Made by a program: the position numbers and the translations under genes. DNA of 64,000 nucleotides from contig CBDDBZ010000034.1 in the NCBI GenBank assembly GCA_965225945.1, forward strand, positions 288,001 through 352,000, read 5' to 3'. Below are positions 20,608 through 29,689 of the stretch, in pieces. The DNA comes from Alphaproteobacteria bacterium (GTDB lineage: Bacteria; Pseudomonadota; Alphaproteobacteria; GCA-2731375). The notes below the pieces were generated by a model. That model did not search any database. It was not told where the DNA came from and saw only the letters and a program-made list of their open reading frames with translations. Position 1 is the stretch's first letter. The number at the start of each line of letters is the position of its first letter.

Positions 20608-21504
20608 ATGGATGGTCCCCGCCTCTGGGACCGGCGGGTGCGGGCCGAGGCCCTGCGAGGCTATCCCCTCGAAGACGTCGTCCGCCGCCTCGGCTACCGC
20701 CGCGATCCCACCGATGCCGCGCGCTGGAGGCGTCCCGGATCCGTCGTCAGCATCAACGGCTTTATGTTCTACGAACATCTGCGCGGCGAGGGCGGGGGCG
20801 GAGCGATCGACCTGGTAATCCATGCCTGCCGGTGCACCGTGCCCGAGGCCCTCGGCTTCTTCTCGGAACTGCCGTGCCGTGACCGGTTCCCGGCCGATCG
20901 CCACCCGAAGCCGCCGTGCCCGGACCGCCACTGGCCCGCCATCCAGAGCTACCTCGTCGAGCAGCGCGGCCTCGCGGATGTGCTCGTCGCCCTGTGCCGC
21001 GACCTCGGCTTGCTCTACGCCGACCGCCACGGCAACGCCGTGTTCGTCCGCCGAAACGCGGCCGGCGAGGCTCTCGGCGCCGAGATCGTCCCTGCCGCGG
21101 CGCCACGCCGCCTCGCGCCGACCGGCGCCGCCGCGCGCGGCGGCTTCTGGATGTCGTGGGAACCCGACTGGCCGAACTCCGTCATCCTCGCCAAGAACGC
21201 AATCGACGCCCTGTCGGTCCTCTCCCTCCACCTCGTCCCGGCCGGGCGCAAGGGATGCGCCGTGGTCTCAACCGGCGGCGCCACCGCAAGCCTCCCCGAA
21301 TGGATCGAGGCCTGGAACCCCGGCCGGATCTTCTGCGCCTACGACGCCACCCGCCAGGGCGATGACGCCGCGGCACGGCTCATCCGAAACGACAGCAGGG
21401 TCGTCCGCCTGCGCCCTGCCCTCGACGGCCTGGACTGGAACGACATGCTCATGCGCGACCGCGCCGGCGAACCGCTCCAGATCGATGACCGGCCCCTCGA
21501 CTGA
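20608..21504 (+). CDS. DUF3991/toprim primase-like protein inside IS21-B
   Basis: GGGAIDLVIH, YLVEQRGL, LYADRHGNAVF, ILAKNAIDALS, CAYDAT, DWND. Confidence 0.8.
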   Translation: MDGPRLWDRRVRAEALRGYPLEDVVRRLGYRRDPTDAARWRRPGSVVSINGFMFYEHLRGEGGGGAIDLVIHACRCTVPEALGFFSELPCRDRFPADRHPKPPCPDRHWPAIQSYLVEQRGLADVLVALCRDLGLLYADRHGNAVFVRRNAAGEALGAEIVPAAAPRRLAPTGAAARGGFWMSWEPDWPNSVILAKNAIDALSVLSLHLVPAGRKGCAVVSTGGATASLPEWIEAWNPGRIFCAYDATRQGDDAAARLIRNDSRVVRLRPALDGLDWNDMLMRDRAGEPLQIDDRPLD

Positions 21505-21614
21505 ATAGCCACAGCGCGAAACAAAATCAGCCAAGCCCAAAAGCATCCCGTCAGCCAACCGCCACCGACCGCTCAAAAAGAGCACCATATAAGCGCACCC
21601 TGGAACCACCGCTA

Positions 21615-22105
21615 GCCGTCCGGTCGAGGTCCATGCCTACGCCGATCGCATCGTCATCCGCCAGGACGGCGAGATCGTCGCCGAGCATGCCCGGCGCTTC
21701 GGCCGCGACCAGACCGTCTATGACCCGTGGCACTACGTGCCCGTGCTGGCGAGGAAGCCCGGTGCGCTTCGTAACGGCGCGCCGTTCAAGGACTGGGCGC
21801 TGCCCGGCGCCCTGGGTCGCGTGCGCGTCCGGCTCGCCGGCCACGACGACGGCGACAGGCAGATGGTCGAGATCCTCACCGCCGTGCTGGCGGATGGGCT
21901 GGCGGCGGTGGAGGCCGCCTGTGCCGAGGCGCTCGCTGGCGGCGTGTGCAGCGCCGACGTCGTGCTCAACATCCTCAATCGTCGGCGCCAGCCGTCCGAG
22001 ACGGCGCCGATCCCGACGCCCGCGAACCTGCGTCTTCGCTTTGAGCCGGTGGCCGATTGCACCCGCTACGACCGCTTGAGGGGGGTCGGCCATGGAGCGC
22101 CATGA
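21615..22105 (+). pseudogene. istA: istA (element A) 3' part
   Basis: RPVEVHAYADRIVIRQDG...YDPWHYVPVLARKPGALRNGAPF...[10 protein letters not shown]. Confidence 0.9.
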
Positions 22106-22820
22106 GGTCCTGGAGATGATGGCCGCACTCAAGCTCGCCGGCATGCGCGACGCGTTCGACGAGGTGCTCGCCGACGGCCTCAAGCGCCAGCATCCGATGC
22201 AGCGAATCATCGGCGAGCTGTTGAAGGCCGAGATCGCCGACAAGCAGGCGCGATCCATCAAGTACCAGATGAGTGGCGCCAAGCTGCCGCTGGCCAAGGA
22301 GCTGGCCGACTTCGACTTCACCGACACCCCGGTCAACGAGCCGCTGGTCCGCGAGTTGGCGGTCGGCGGCTTCCTGGCCAACCAGCGCAACGCCGTGCTG
22401 ATCGGCGGCACCGGCACCGGCAAGAGCCATCTCGCCGTCGCCATCGCGCGGGCCTGCATCCGCGATGGCGCCCGGGGCCGCTTCTTCAACGTCGTCGACC
22501 TGGTCAACCGGCTCGAGGCCGAAGCCCGCGCCGGCCGCCAGGGCCGGCTCGCCGATCAGCTGGCCCGGCGCGACCTCGTCATCCTCGACGAGCTCGGCTA
22601 CCTGCCCTTCGCCCAAACCGGAGGCCAGCTGCTGTTCCACCTCGTCAGCCGGCTCTACGAGCGCACCTCGATCATCGTCACCACCAACCTGACCTTCGGC
22701 GAATGGCCGTCCGTCTTCGGCGACGCCAAGATGACCACCGCGCTCCTCGATCGTCTGACGCACCACTGCGAGATCATCGAGACCGGAAACGACTCCTGGC
22801 GCTTCAAGAATCGGTCCTAA
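22092..22820 (+). CDS. istB: IS21 helper ATPase IstB (element A)
   Basis: [26 protein letters not shown]. Confidence 0.95.
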   Translation: MERHEVLEMMAALKLAGMRDAFDEVLADGLKRQHPMQRIIGELLKAEIADKQARSIKYQMSGAKLPLAKELADFDFTDTPVNEPLVRELAVGGFLANQRNAVLIGGTGTGKSHLAVAIARACIRDGARGRFFNVVDLVNRLEAEARAGRQGRLADQLARRDLVILDELGYLPFAQTGGQLLFHLVSRLYERTSIIVTTNLTFGEWPSVFGDAKMTTALLDRLTHHCEIIETGNDSWRFKNRS

Positions 22821-23023
22821 AGGCAACCGATCCACCTGCCGCCCGGTCGCCCAGGTGGGCCCACAGGAACCTCCCACGCGCGGTCCGCCGCCAGCCGCGT
22901 GGTGGGCGCGTCGGCCCGCGCGCGGGCCCCTCCTATGGACTACCTGTACGACCTCCGCCGTGCATCCCCAAAGGGGTCAACATTGCACGCCGATAGGGGG
23001 TCAATGTTCAACGCCGATTGACA

Positions 23024-24051
23024 AGCAGTTCGCGGGCAAGGGAGATGTTGCGGGTGCGACCGCCGTTGGCGAAGAGGCCGTAATGGCGGATGCGGTGAAA
23101 GCCCGAGGGCAGGACATGGAGGAGGAAGCGGCGGATGAACTCGGGCACGGCCAGGGGCAAGGTCTTGTAGCGCTCGCGTCCTTTGCGCCGGTAGTCCTTG
23201 TACTTGAAGATGACGCCTTGGCTGTCGCAGCTGACCAGGCGGCTGTTCGAGATGGCGACACGGTGGGTGTAGCGGGAGAGATAGGCGAGCACGGCCTCTG
23301 GTCCGCCGAAGGGCGGCTTGGCGTAGACGACCCATTCTTGTTTGCGCATCGGTGCGAGGAAGACACGGAAGGCCGCCGGCTCGGCGAGGCTGGTGTGGTC
23401 GGTGAAGAACTTCAGGCGCCCTGCCTCGTGGGCGGCGAGGAGCTTCTCGATGAAGAGGCGGCGGAAGAGGCGCGAGAGCACGCGGACGGGCAGGAAGAAG
23501 CCGGGCCGGCAAGAGATCCAACTGCTACCGTCAGGTGAGATTCCGCCACCCGGCACGATCATGTGGATGTGGGGATGGTGGGTCATGGCCGAGCCCCAGG
23601 TGTGGAGCACGGCGGTGATGCCGATCTTGGCGCCGAGATGCTTGGGATCGGCGGCGATGGTGAGCATGGTCTCGGCGCTCGCCTTGAACAGGATATCGTA
23701 GATCACCGACTTGTTCTGATAGGCGATGTCGGCGATCGCCGCTGGCAGGGTGAAGACGAGATGGTAGTAGGGGACGGAGAGCAGTTCGGCCTCTCGCGCC
23801 GCCAGCCATTCGCGCGCGACCTGGCCTTGGCATTTGGGACAATGGCGGTTGCGACAGGAATTGTAGGCGATGTGGTTCTGCCCGCAGTCCTCGCAGGCCG
23901 CGACATGACCGCCGAGCGCGGCGGTGCGGCAACACTCGATCGCCGACATGACCTTCAGTTGGCCGAGGCTCAGACGACCGGCCCGGGCCCGACGGAAGCC
24001 GGGCCCGTGGTCGCGGAAGATGTCCTGGACCTCGAGCGCGGGACGCGGCAC
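23024..24051 (-). pseudogene. IS91-like Y2 transposase, 3' truncated by IS21-A
   Basis: Zn-binding CEDC...SCRNRHCPKC, LHTWG...HPHIH (HUH), YLSRY; diverges from copy 1 exactly at the IS21 end. Confidence 0.9.
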
Positions 24052-24064
24052 CGAGGCCGCCGGC

Positions 24065-24970
24065 TCACTTCGGCGGCTTGCGCTTGGTCTTGGGCGTCGG
24101 CGGCTCGAGCAGGTCCAGTGGGCTCTTGGCGCGCCGCAAGGTGGTGCTGGCGACCTGGGTGTAGTGAGCCGTGGTCTCCAGCTTCTTGTGCCCCAGTAGA
24201 ACCTGGATCACGCGGATGTCGACGCCCTGTTCGAGGAGATGGGTGGCGAAGCAGTGGCGCAGCGTGTGAAGCGAGATCCGCTTCTCGATCCCCGCCCCCG
24301 CCTTGGCGCCATCGAGGGCGCGACGGAGCTGGCGGGTGGTCAACGGGTTGACCGGGTTCTGGCCTGGAAACAGCCAACCGCCGGGCAGCATCACGCCGCG
24401 GGCGCGGCCAAGCAACCACCAGACCCTGAGCTGCTCGACGGCGCGATCCGAGAGCATGGCGTAGCGATCTCGGCGGCCCTTACCTTGCTCGATGCGAAGC
24501 GTCTTGCGGTTGCTGTCGATGTCCGGGACCTTGAGATGGACCACCTCCGAAGCGCGCAGGCCGGCGCCATAGGCCAGCGAAAAGGCCGCCTTGTATTTGG
24601 GACCGGGGGCGGCATCGAGAAGCCGCGCCATTTCCTCGACGCTCAGGATCACCGGCAGCTTGCGCGGCATTGCCACCGTCGTCATGCCGATCTCGGCGTC
24701 GCCTCGGCCGAGCGTGACGCCGAAGAAGAACCGCAATGCCGAGACCGCCGCGTTCATCGTCGTCGCCGATGCGCCTGCTTTGCGCATATGCACTTGATAG
24801 CGCCTGAGATCCTCCGCCTCCGCCCGATCCGGAGAGCGTGCGAGAAAGTCGGAAAAGCCGGCCACCGCACTGATGTAGCCGCGCTGCGTGTTGGCACTGA
24901 AGCCGCGAAGCACCATGTCGTCGATCATGCGCTGGCGCAGCGGGCTGATGGTCTTGTCACTATCGGTCAT
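24065..24970 (-). CDS. Tyrosine recombinase paired with the IS91-like transposase
   Basis: YGAGLRASE, GKGRRDR, HTLRHCFATH, LLGH, TAHY. Confidence 0.95.
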   Translation of the reverse strand: MTDSDKTISPLRQRMIDDMVLRGFSANTQRGYISAVAGFSDFLARSPDRAEAEDLRRYQVHMRKAGASATTMNAAVSALRFFFGVTLGRGDAEIGMTTVAMPRKLPVILSVEEMARLLDAAPGPKYKAAFSLAYGAGLRASEVVHLKVPDIDSNRKTLRIEQGKGRRDRYAMLSDRAVEQLRVWWLLGRARGVMLPGGWLFPGQNPVNPLTTRQLRRALDGAKAGAGIEKRISLHTLRHCFATHLLEQGVDIRVIQVLLGHKKLETTAHYTQVASTTLRRAKSPLDLLEPPTPKTKRKPPK

Positions 24971-25071
24971 GGGTCTGCTCCCGTGTTGCGTGAGCTTCGG
25001 AACTCCAAACCTCAACACAGGATCGACCCATCCGTTACGCCACCGACCTCACCGCCCGGCACCACGAACTA

Positions 25072-25190
25072 CCGCTGAAAGCGGTTTCGTTCTTTGACCC
25101 AAACCGGTCATCCCGCAGATTGCAGCCGACCGCGGATGTCAGGTTTTGAGGCTGCGGATTTGGAGGAAGCGGTCAGTCGCCTAAGCCCGC
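25072..25190. repeat. YR/Y2 element end (accgctgaaagcggt hairpin) joined to a REP-like repeat
   Basis: accgctgaaagcggtttcgtt then ctttgacccaaaccggtcatcc and gatgtcaggttttgaggc...ggaagcggtcagtc. Confidence 0.6.
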
Positions 25191-25204
25191 TTTGCGGAGG
25201 CCTT

Positions 25205-26655
25205 GGCGATGTCCCGCCCAATGTTGAAAAGTGCGAGATAGGCATCGTCTGATCGAGAGGCTACGCGGCCACCTCGATGTCTTCAATGACGGACTTTGCT
25301 CCGGCCTTTCTCACCGCCTCCCGCAGGGCGGCGTCAAGGACGGGGAGCTGGCGGTAGGCCTTGAGGCGGCGGAAGGTCTTTTGCGCCTCCAAGAGGCCGG
25401 CGGCGGTCCAACGCAGCGCCATCTCGGCGTTGCGCCAGCGCTTGACGTTCCGCTGCACCGTCCGGACGGTGCCGATCGCGTTCTCGATGGCGTTGGTGCA
25501 AGCCAGCGAGTGTCGAAGTTGCGGCGGGAGGCCGAGCCGGATCACGGTCAGGATCTCGTCCAGGCCCTCCAGGATCGAGCCCGAGACGCCGGGTGCGTCA
25601 TGCTCCAGACGGCGGGCGAGGTTGCGCAAGAGCCGTTCGGCCTTGGCCGCGTCGTCCTGCTGCCAGGCCTGCCGCAAGACCTTCCTGACGCCGGCATGGA
25701 GGCTCTCGTCCAGCCGGTCCGTGATGTTGCGCCCCTTGTGCACCTGGCAGCGCTGGAGGGCCGCCGCCCGCCCGAAGGTCCGCCGGATCGCCTTCGAGAG
25801 CGCCTTGGCGCCGTCGACGGTGTAGAGCCGAGGCCGTTCGGGATCGAGACCGCGCTCGATCAGGTTGTCGAGCATGGCTTGCACCGTGGCCGCGTTCTCC
25901 GTCGCGCCCTCGGCCAGGCCCAGCACGTGCTTCGCGCCGCCGGTGTCGATGCCGATCGCCGCCACCATCAGGTGATCGCCGACATGGAGCCCGTCGATCT
26001 GGAGCACCACGAGATCGAGATCGTCGAGCGGGCTCGCCAGCCAGGCCTTCAGCTTGCTTCGCGTCAACGCCACGAAACGGCGCGAGACCGCCGACTTCGA
26101 GGTTGCGTCACCCGATGCCGCCGGCAGATCGCCGCCCGCATCGTCCGGCAGGCGCACCGCGCGGGCATACTTGCGGGTCGAGACGTTGATCACCATCAGA
26201 TTCATCGCCCAGGCTTGCAAGAGTTCGGGTTCCGACAGCAGCTCCCAACTCGGCAGGCTCATCTCCCGACCCGCGAAGTCCCGCACCCGAGGGCGCTCGA
26301 CCTTCACTTTGCCGCCGTGGTAGGCGATCTCGCTCCGGGTCGTGCCCCATCGATGGCCCTTGCGCTCGCCCGAGCGGGCGTGGCGCGAACCGCACAAGGC
26401 TTCCGCGTCCGCCGACATCATCTCGTTCAAAGACTCGAGGCCCGCCAAAAGGCAGAAGCGATCGACGCTCATGCGCAGATCGTCGAAGGCCTCCGGCATC
26501 GATGGCAAGAGCCGACAGGATGGTTCCGAGGAACGGTCGTTGCGTGTAGTCTTGGTCATGGCGTCGTTCTCCTTGATGGAATCAGCACCCAGAGCCTAGC
26601 GGCTCCAGGCGGACGACGCCTACTTCAGCTTTTCAACAGAGCCCGGGACATCCCC
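25205..26655 (-). mobile_element. IS256 family element
   Basis: IRs ggcgatgtcccgcccaatgttgaaaag / ggggatgtcccgggctctgttgaaaag; 8-bp flanks gaggcctt / gaggccgt (1 mismatch). Confidence 0.9.
25261..26559 (-). CDS. IS256 transposase
   Basis: LQIDG, TVDGAKAL, QRCQVHK, TNAIE. Confidence 0.93.
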   Translation of the reverse strand: MTKTTRNDRSSEPSCRLLPSMPEAFDDLRMSVDRFCLLAGLESLNEMMSADAEALCGSRHARSGERKGHRWGTTRSEIAYHGGKVKVERPRVRDFAGREMSLPSWELLSEPELLQAWAMNLMVINVSTRKYARAVRLPDDAGGDLPAASGDATSKSAVSRRFVALTRSKLKAWLASPLDDLDLVVLQIDGLHVGDHLMVAAIGIDTGGAKHVLGLAEGATENAATVQAMLDNLIERGLDPERPRLYTVDGAKALSKAIRRTFGRAAALQRCQVHKGRNITDRLDESLHAGVRKVLRQAWQQDDAAKAERLLRNLARRLEHDAPGVSGSILEGLDEILTVIRLGLPPQLRHSLACTNAIENAIGTVRTVQRNVKRWRNAEMALRWTAAGLLEAQKTFRRLKAYRQLPVLDAALREAVRKAGAKSVIEDIEVAA

Positions 26656-28530
26656 GAGGCCGTCCAGGTACCGCTGGTAGGTCTGAAGCGCGACGGGATC
26701 GCTGGATGCGATCTGATCGCTGTACCGACCCAAGCTGATGCCGGGTCGCAACTCCTTGAACTTTTCCAACGCCGCCTTGGCCTTTTTCGAATTACCGAGA
26801 TATGTATAAGCGCTGGCAAGAACGGCGTAGTTGTGCGGGTGCTTGGGATTCGCGGCTATGCCTTTCTGGGCGGTTTCAACCGCTTGCGCATCTTCCCCAA
26901 TGGCGACTTGCGCCCGTCCGATCGTGCCGTACCAGACCGAGCGCAGCGGGTCGCGCGGGCTCAACGCGAACGCGCGCTCGACCGACTGAATCGCCTCGCG
27001 CGGTTTGCCAAGCCGGATGAGGGCGACGCCGGAAAAGAAATAGGCCGGCGCATGATTGCGATTGAGCGCAATGCATTGACGCATCATCTCCAGGGATTTC
27101 CGCGTATCGCCCATGCGGTAGTAGAGAAATCCCAGGGCGTAGACCGCGTCGGCGTTTCTCGGATCGAGAGCGACCGATTTCTCGCCGGCCGCGATGCCCT
27201 TCTGGACCGCCTCGTCGCGGGGCATGTCCCAGCCGTATGTCGCGGCCCGCGCATAGGCATAGGCGGTGACGCCGAGCGCCTCGGCGTTCTCGGGATCGAG
27301 CTGCAGGGCGCGATCGGCGTAGTCCAGCGCCGCCCGGTTCGTCTCCGGATTTTGCGGCTTCGTCCAGAGTTCCGCCCAGGCCCGGAGCGCAAGGTCCTTG
27401 GCGTCGAGATTCTCGGCCCGGCCGCGGGCGGCCTGGCGGCTCATGGCCTCCTTCAGCTCGAGGTTGAGTGCCCGGGCGACGCGCCCGGTGACCTCGTTCT
27501 GAAAGGTGTACATGTCGCCGGCGGTCCTCTCGTAGCGCTCCGACCACACCTGTTGACCGTTCTCGCCGTCGGTCAATTGAACACTCACCCGAATATCGCG
27601 CTGCCCCCGCCGCACCGTGCCTTCGAGCAAGTACCGAACGCCGAGCTCACGCGCCACCTGTCTGGGATCGATCTCCCGGCCGCGATAGGTCGCGGCGGTC
27701 GACCGCGAAATCACGAAGCTTCCGGCGATCCGCGACAGGTCGACGGTCAGATCCTCGGTCACCGCGTCGGCGAAATAGTCCTGGTCCCGATCACCGCTCA
27801 GATTGGCGAACGGCAAGACCGCGATCGATAATTGCGGCTTGCCGAGTGTCGGTGGCAACGCGCCATCGGTGTCGGTCGACGTCGACAGTCCGAGCCAGAT
27901 GCCCAGGCCGGCGATGCCGGCGAGCAGACCGAGAGCGGCGGCGATCGCGCGCCATCGGTACAAGGTCAGGCCTCGCCGCTTCGGTTCCGCCAACTCGGCC
28001 GCGCCGTCAGGTCCGTATTGATAGGTCCGAATCGGCCGGGCAATGTTCTTGAAGGCCTGTTCGCCGAGATCGACAAAGGTGTGAGGAAGCTTGTCCCGTA
28101 CTTGCTCGTAGGCGGACTGAGAGAGGCATACGCCTCCGGGCGATGCCAGCTGTTCTAGCCGGGCGGCAATATTCACGCCATCGCCGAAGATATCATCGTC
28201 CTCGATAATCACGTCGCCAAGATTGACGCCGATGCGGAGAATGATCTGCTTGTCGGTGGAAACATCCGTGTTGGCGGCCCGCATGCCATGCTGAATTTCG
28301 ACGGCGCATTCCACGGCGGCGACAACGCTCGGGAACTCGACCAGCAGACCGTCCCCCGTCGTCTTGACGATACGACCACCGCGCTCCGCGAGCCTTGGGT
28401 CGATGACACCGGCCCGGCGCGCCCGCAAAGCCTCGAGCGTGCCTGCTTCGTCGATGCCCATAAGACGGGAGTAGCCGACGACATCCGCAGCCACGATGGC
28501 CGCCAATCTGCGTTGAGTTCCCTCGGACAT
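26620..28530 (-). CDS. Class III adenylate/guanylate cyclase with TM, TolB-like and TPR domains; native C-terminus displaced by IS256
   Basis: RRLAAIVAADVVGYSRLM, KTTGDG, FGDGVNIAARL, SIAVLPFANLSGD, TPRs. Confidence 0.93.
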   Translation of the reverse strand: MSEGTQRRLAAIVAADVVGYSRLMGIDEAGTLEALRARRAGVIDPRLAERGGRIVKTTGDGLLVEFPSVVAAVECAVEIQHGMRAANTDVSTDKQIILRIGVNLGDVIIEDDDIFGDGVNIAARLEQLASPGGVCLSQSAYEQVRDKLPHTFVDLGEQAFKNIARPIRTYQYGPDGAAELAEPKRRGLTLYRWRAIAAALGLLAGIAGLGIWLGLSTSTDTDGALPPTLGKPQLSIAVLPFANLSGDRDQDYFADAVTEDLTVDLSRIAGSFVISRSTAATYRGREIDPRQVARELGVRYLLEGTVRRGQRDIRVSVQLTDGENGQQVWSERYERTAGDMYTFQNEVTGRVARALNLELKEAMSRQAARGRAENLDAKDLALRAWAELWTKPQNPETNRAALDYADRALQLDPENAEALGVTAYAYARAATYGWDMPRDEAVQKGIAAGEKSVALDPRNADAVYALGFLYYRMGDTRKSLEMMRQCIALNRNHAPAYFFSGVALIRLGKPREAIQSVERAFALSPRDPLRSVWYGTIGRAQVAIGEDAQAVETAQKGIAANPKHPHNYAVLASAYTYLGNSKKAKAALEKFKELRPGISLGRYSDQIASSDPVALQTYQRYLDGLGDVPGSVEKLK

Positions 28531-28993
28531 GGCAGCATTCTATCGAAGCCGGCCAATCTCAGGAACATCTTCCGCAATGGCTTCGAAAAAATGGGGACAG
28601 TTACCATTTTCCGCGTCTCCTCCGCACCCGAATTCAACGTGTTCCCAAAGATATCGAGAGGCACGTCCCGCCCTTCATCTCATGATGGCACGGTCGTCCC
28701 AACCCCAACGGGGTCGCCGCATACGACGGCGCTGGCGGCCTGCCGCGCCGCTTCGTGCACAGGCCCTCGCTCGGCGAGCACCTGGCCTTCATCCAGTAGA
28801 ACGGCGACCGTCTCTCCACCGCGCCGGCAACGTGGTGGAGCGCTACGGCTATCCTCCCTATGGGGCCGGCAACGGCCCCGGCGCCACTCCCTACCGCTTC
28901 GCCGCCCGCCCGGGAGGCTGGCGGCGGGGCGGCCTCGGGCGGTATAGTGCCGGCCGTGGCACCCGCGCGGGGCGCGGCCTGGATGCGAGCGAC

Positions 28994-29653
28994 ATGGGCG
29001 AAGTACGGCTACTGGGGCGGCGGATCGAACTGGTCTCGATGGATCCCCACTTCCACGACATCTCGATCGGCCTCTACGAGCGGACGAGCGAGGCCGGGGG
29101 TGTCGGCTATCTCGCGCACAGCTACGCCCGTGTCGCGGGCACCGCCGGTCGTCTCGACGAGCTGGTCGGCGCCATGGCGAGGCTCGGCGGCATGGAACGC
29201 CTGGAGGGCGAGGCCGGCGCGCTCCGCTTTGCCTGCGGCGAGGGCCATCGCACGGCGGTCAAGCGCATCTTTCTCGAGGCCGCCAAGCTCGAGTTCGCCG
29301 GCGACGCCAGGGCGCCCGAGGCCCGCGTCGAGGACAAGAAGTTCGCGCTCGACGTCACCGTGACCGGCTTGGGCCAGGGCCGCTACCAGGTCGTGGCGGC
29401 GGGCGAGTCCGATCGCAAGGAGATGCGAATTCGCGCCATCGCAGGCGGCCTGAAACGCCTCGCGGAGCTGGACGACGTCGCCGAGCAGGAGGGCCAAGTC
29501 GCTTTCCCCTGCGGCGCGGCGCATGACGCGCTGGTCGCCTTGCTGCTGCCGCGCGCGCTGAACGTGCGCGCCGCGATGCGGGAGCAGGAGGCGATGCTGG
29601 CCCGTGGCATCCTCGCCGCACCCAGTGCCCAGGCGGGCCCCGGCTCGTTCTGA
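28994..29653 (+). CDS. Hypothetical protein, first gene of the corrinoid operon
   Basis: MGEVRLLGRRIELVSMDPHFHDISIGLY; two F.CG..H repeats; operonic spacing. Confidence 0.75.
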   Translation: MGEVRLLGRRIELVSMDPHFHDISIGLYERTSEAGGVGYLAHSYARVAGTAGRLDELVGAMARLGGMERLEGEAGALRFACGEGHRTAVKRIFLEAAKLEFAGDARAPEARVEDKKFALDVTVTGLGQGRYQVVAAGESDRKEMRIRAIAGGLKRLAELDDVAEQEGQVAFPCGAAHDALVALLLPRALNVRAAMREQEAMLARGILAAPSAQAGPGSF

Positions 29654-29689
29654 GCCCGAGACATGACTCCTTCCGAAGGAACCCAAATC

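Larger units (their letters stand above)
17477..21614 (+). mobile_element. IS21 family element B (inner), 4 ORFs
   Basis: Left end tgtcggtggcgatgaaaaaccgcgcttagatggtg matches right end caccatataagcgcaccctggaaccaccgcta; splits istA of element A. Confidence 0.85.
16559..23023 (+). mobile_element. IS21 family element A (outer, disrupted)
   Basis: TG...CA ends with tandem cggcgt..aa..ttgacccc repeats at both ends; istA and istB inside; no target duplication. Confidence 0.9.

Noticed and set aside
24065-24970. Classical integron integrase IntI
   Set aside because: No IntI-specific insertion evident between the catalytic boxes; it is paired with a Y2 transposase, and no canonical attC array is seen.
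25231-27831. Long antisense ORFs (e.g. 866 aa here, 929 aa at 58572, 708 aa at 53240)
   Set aside because: Shadow frames of real high-GC genes on the opposite strand with no motifs.
28640-28993. Cobalamin riboswitch upstream of the corrinoid operon
   Set aside because: No recognisable B12-box or conserved core; it looks like coding debris.
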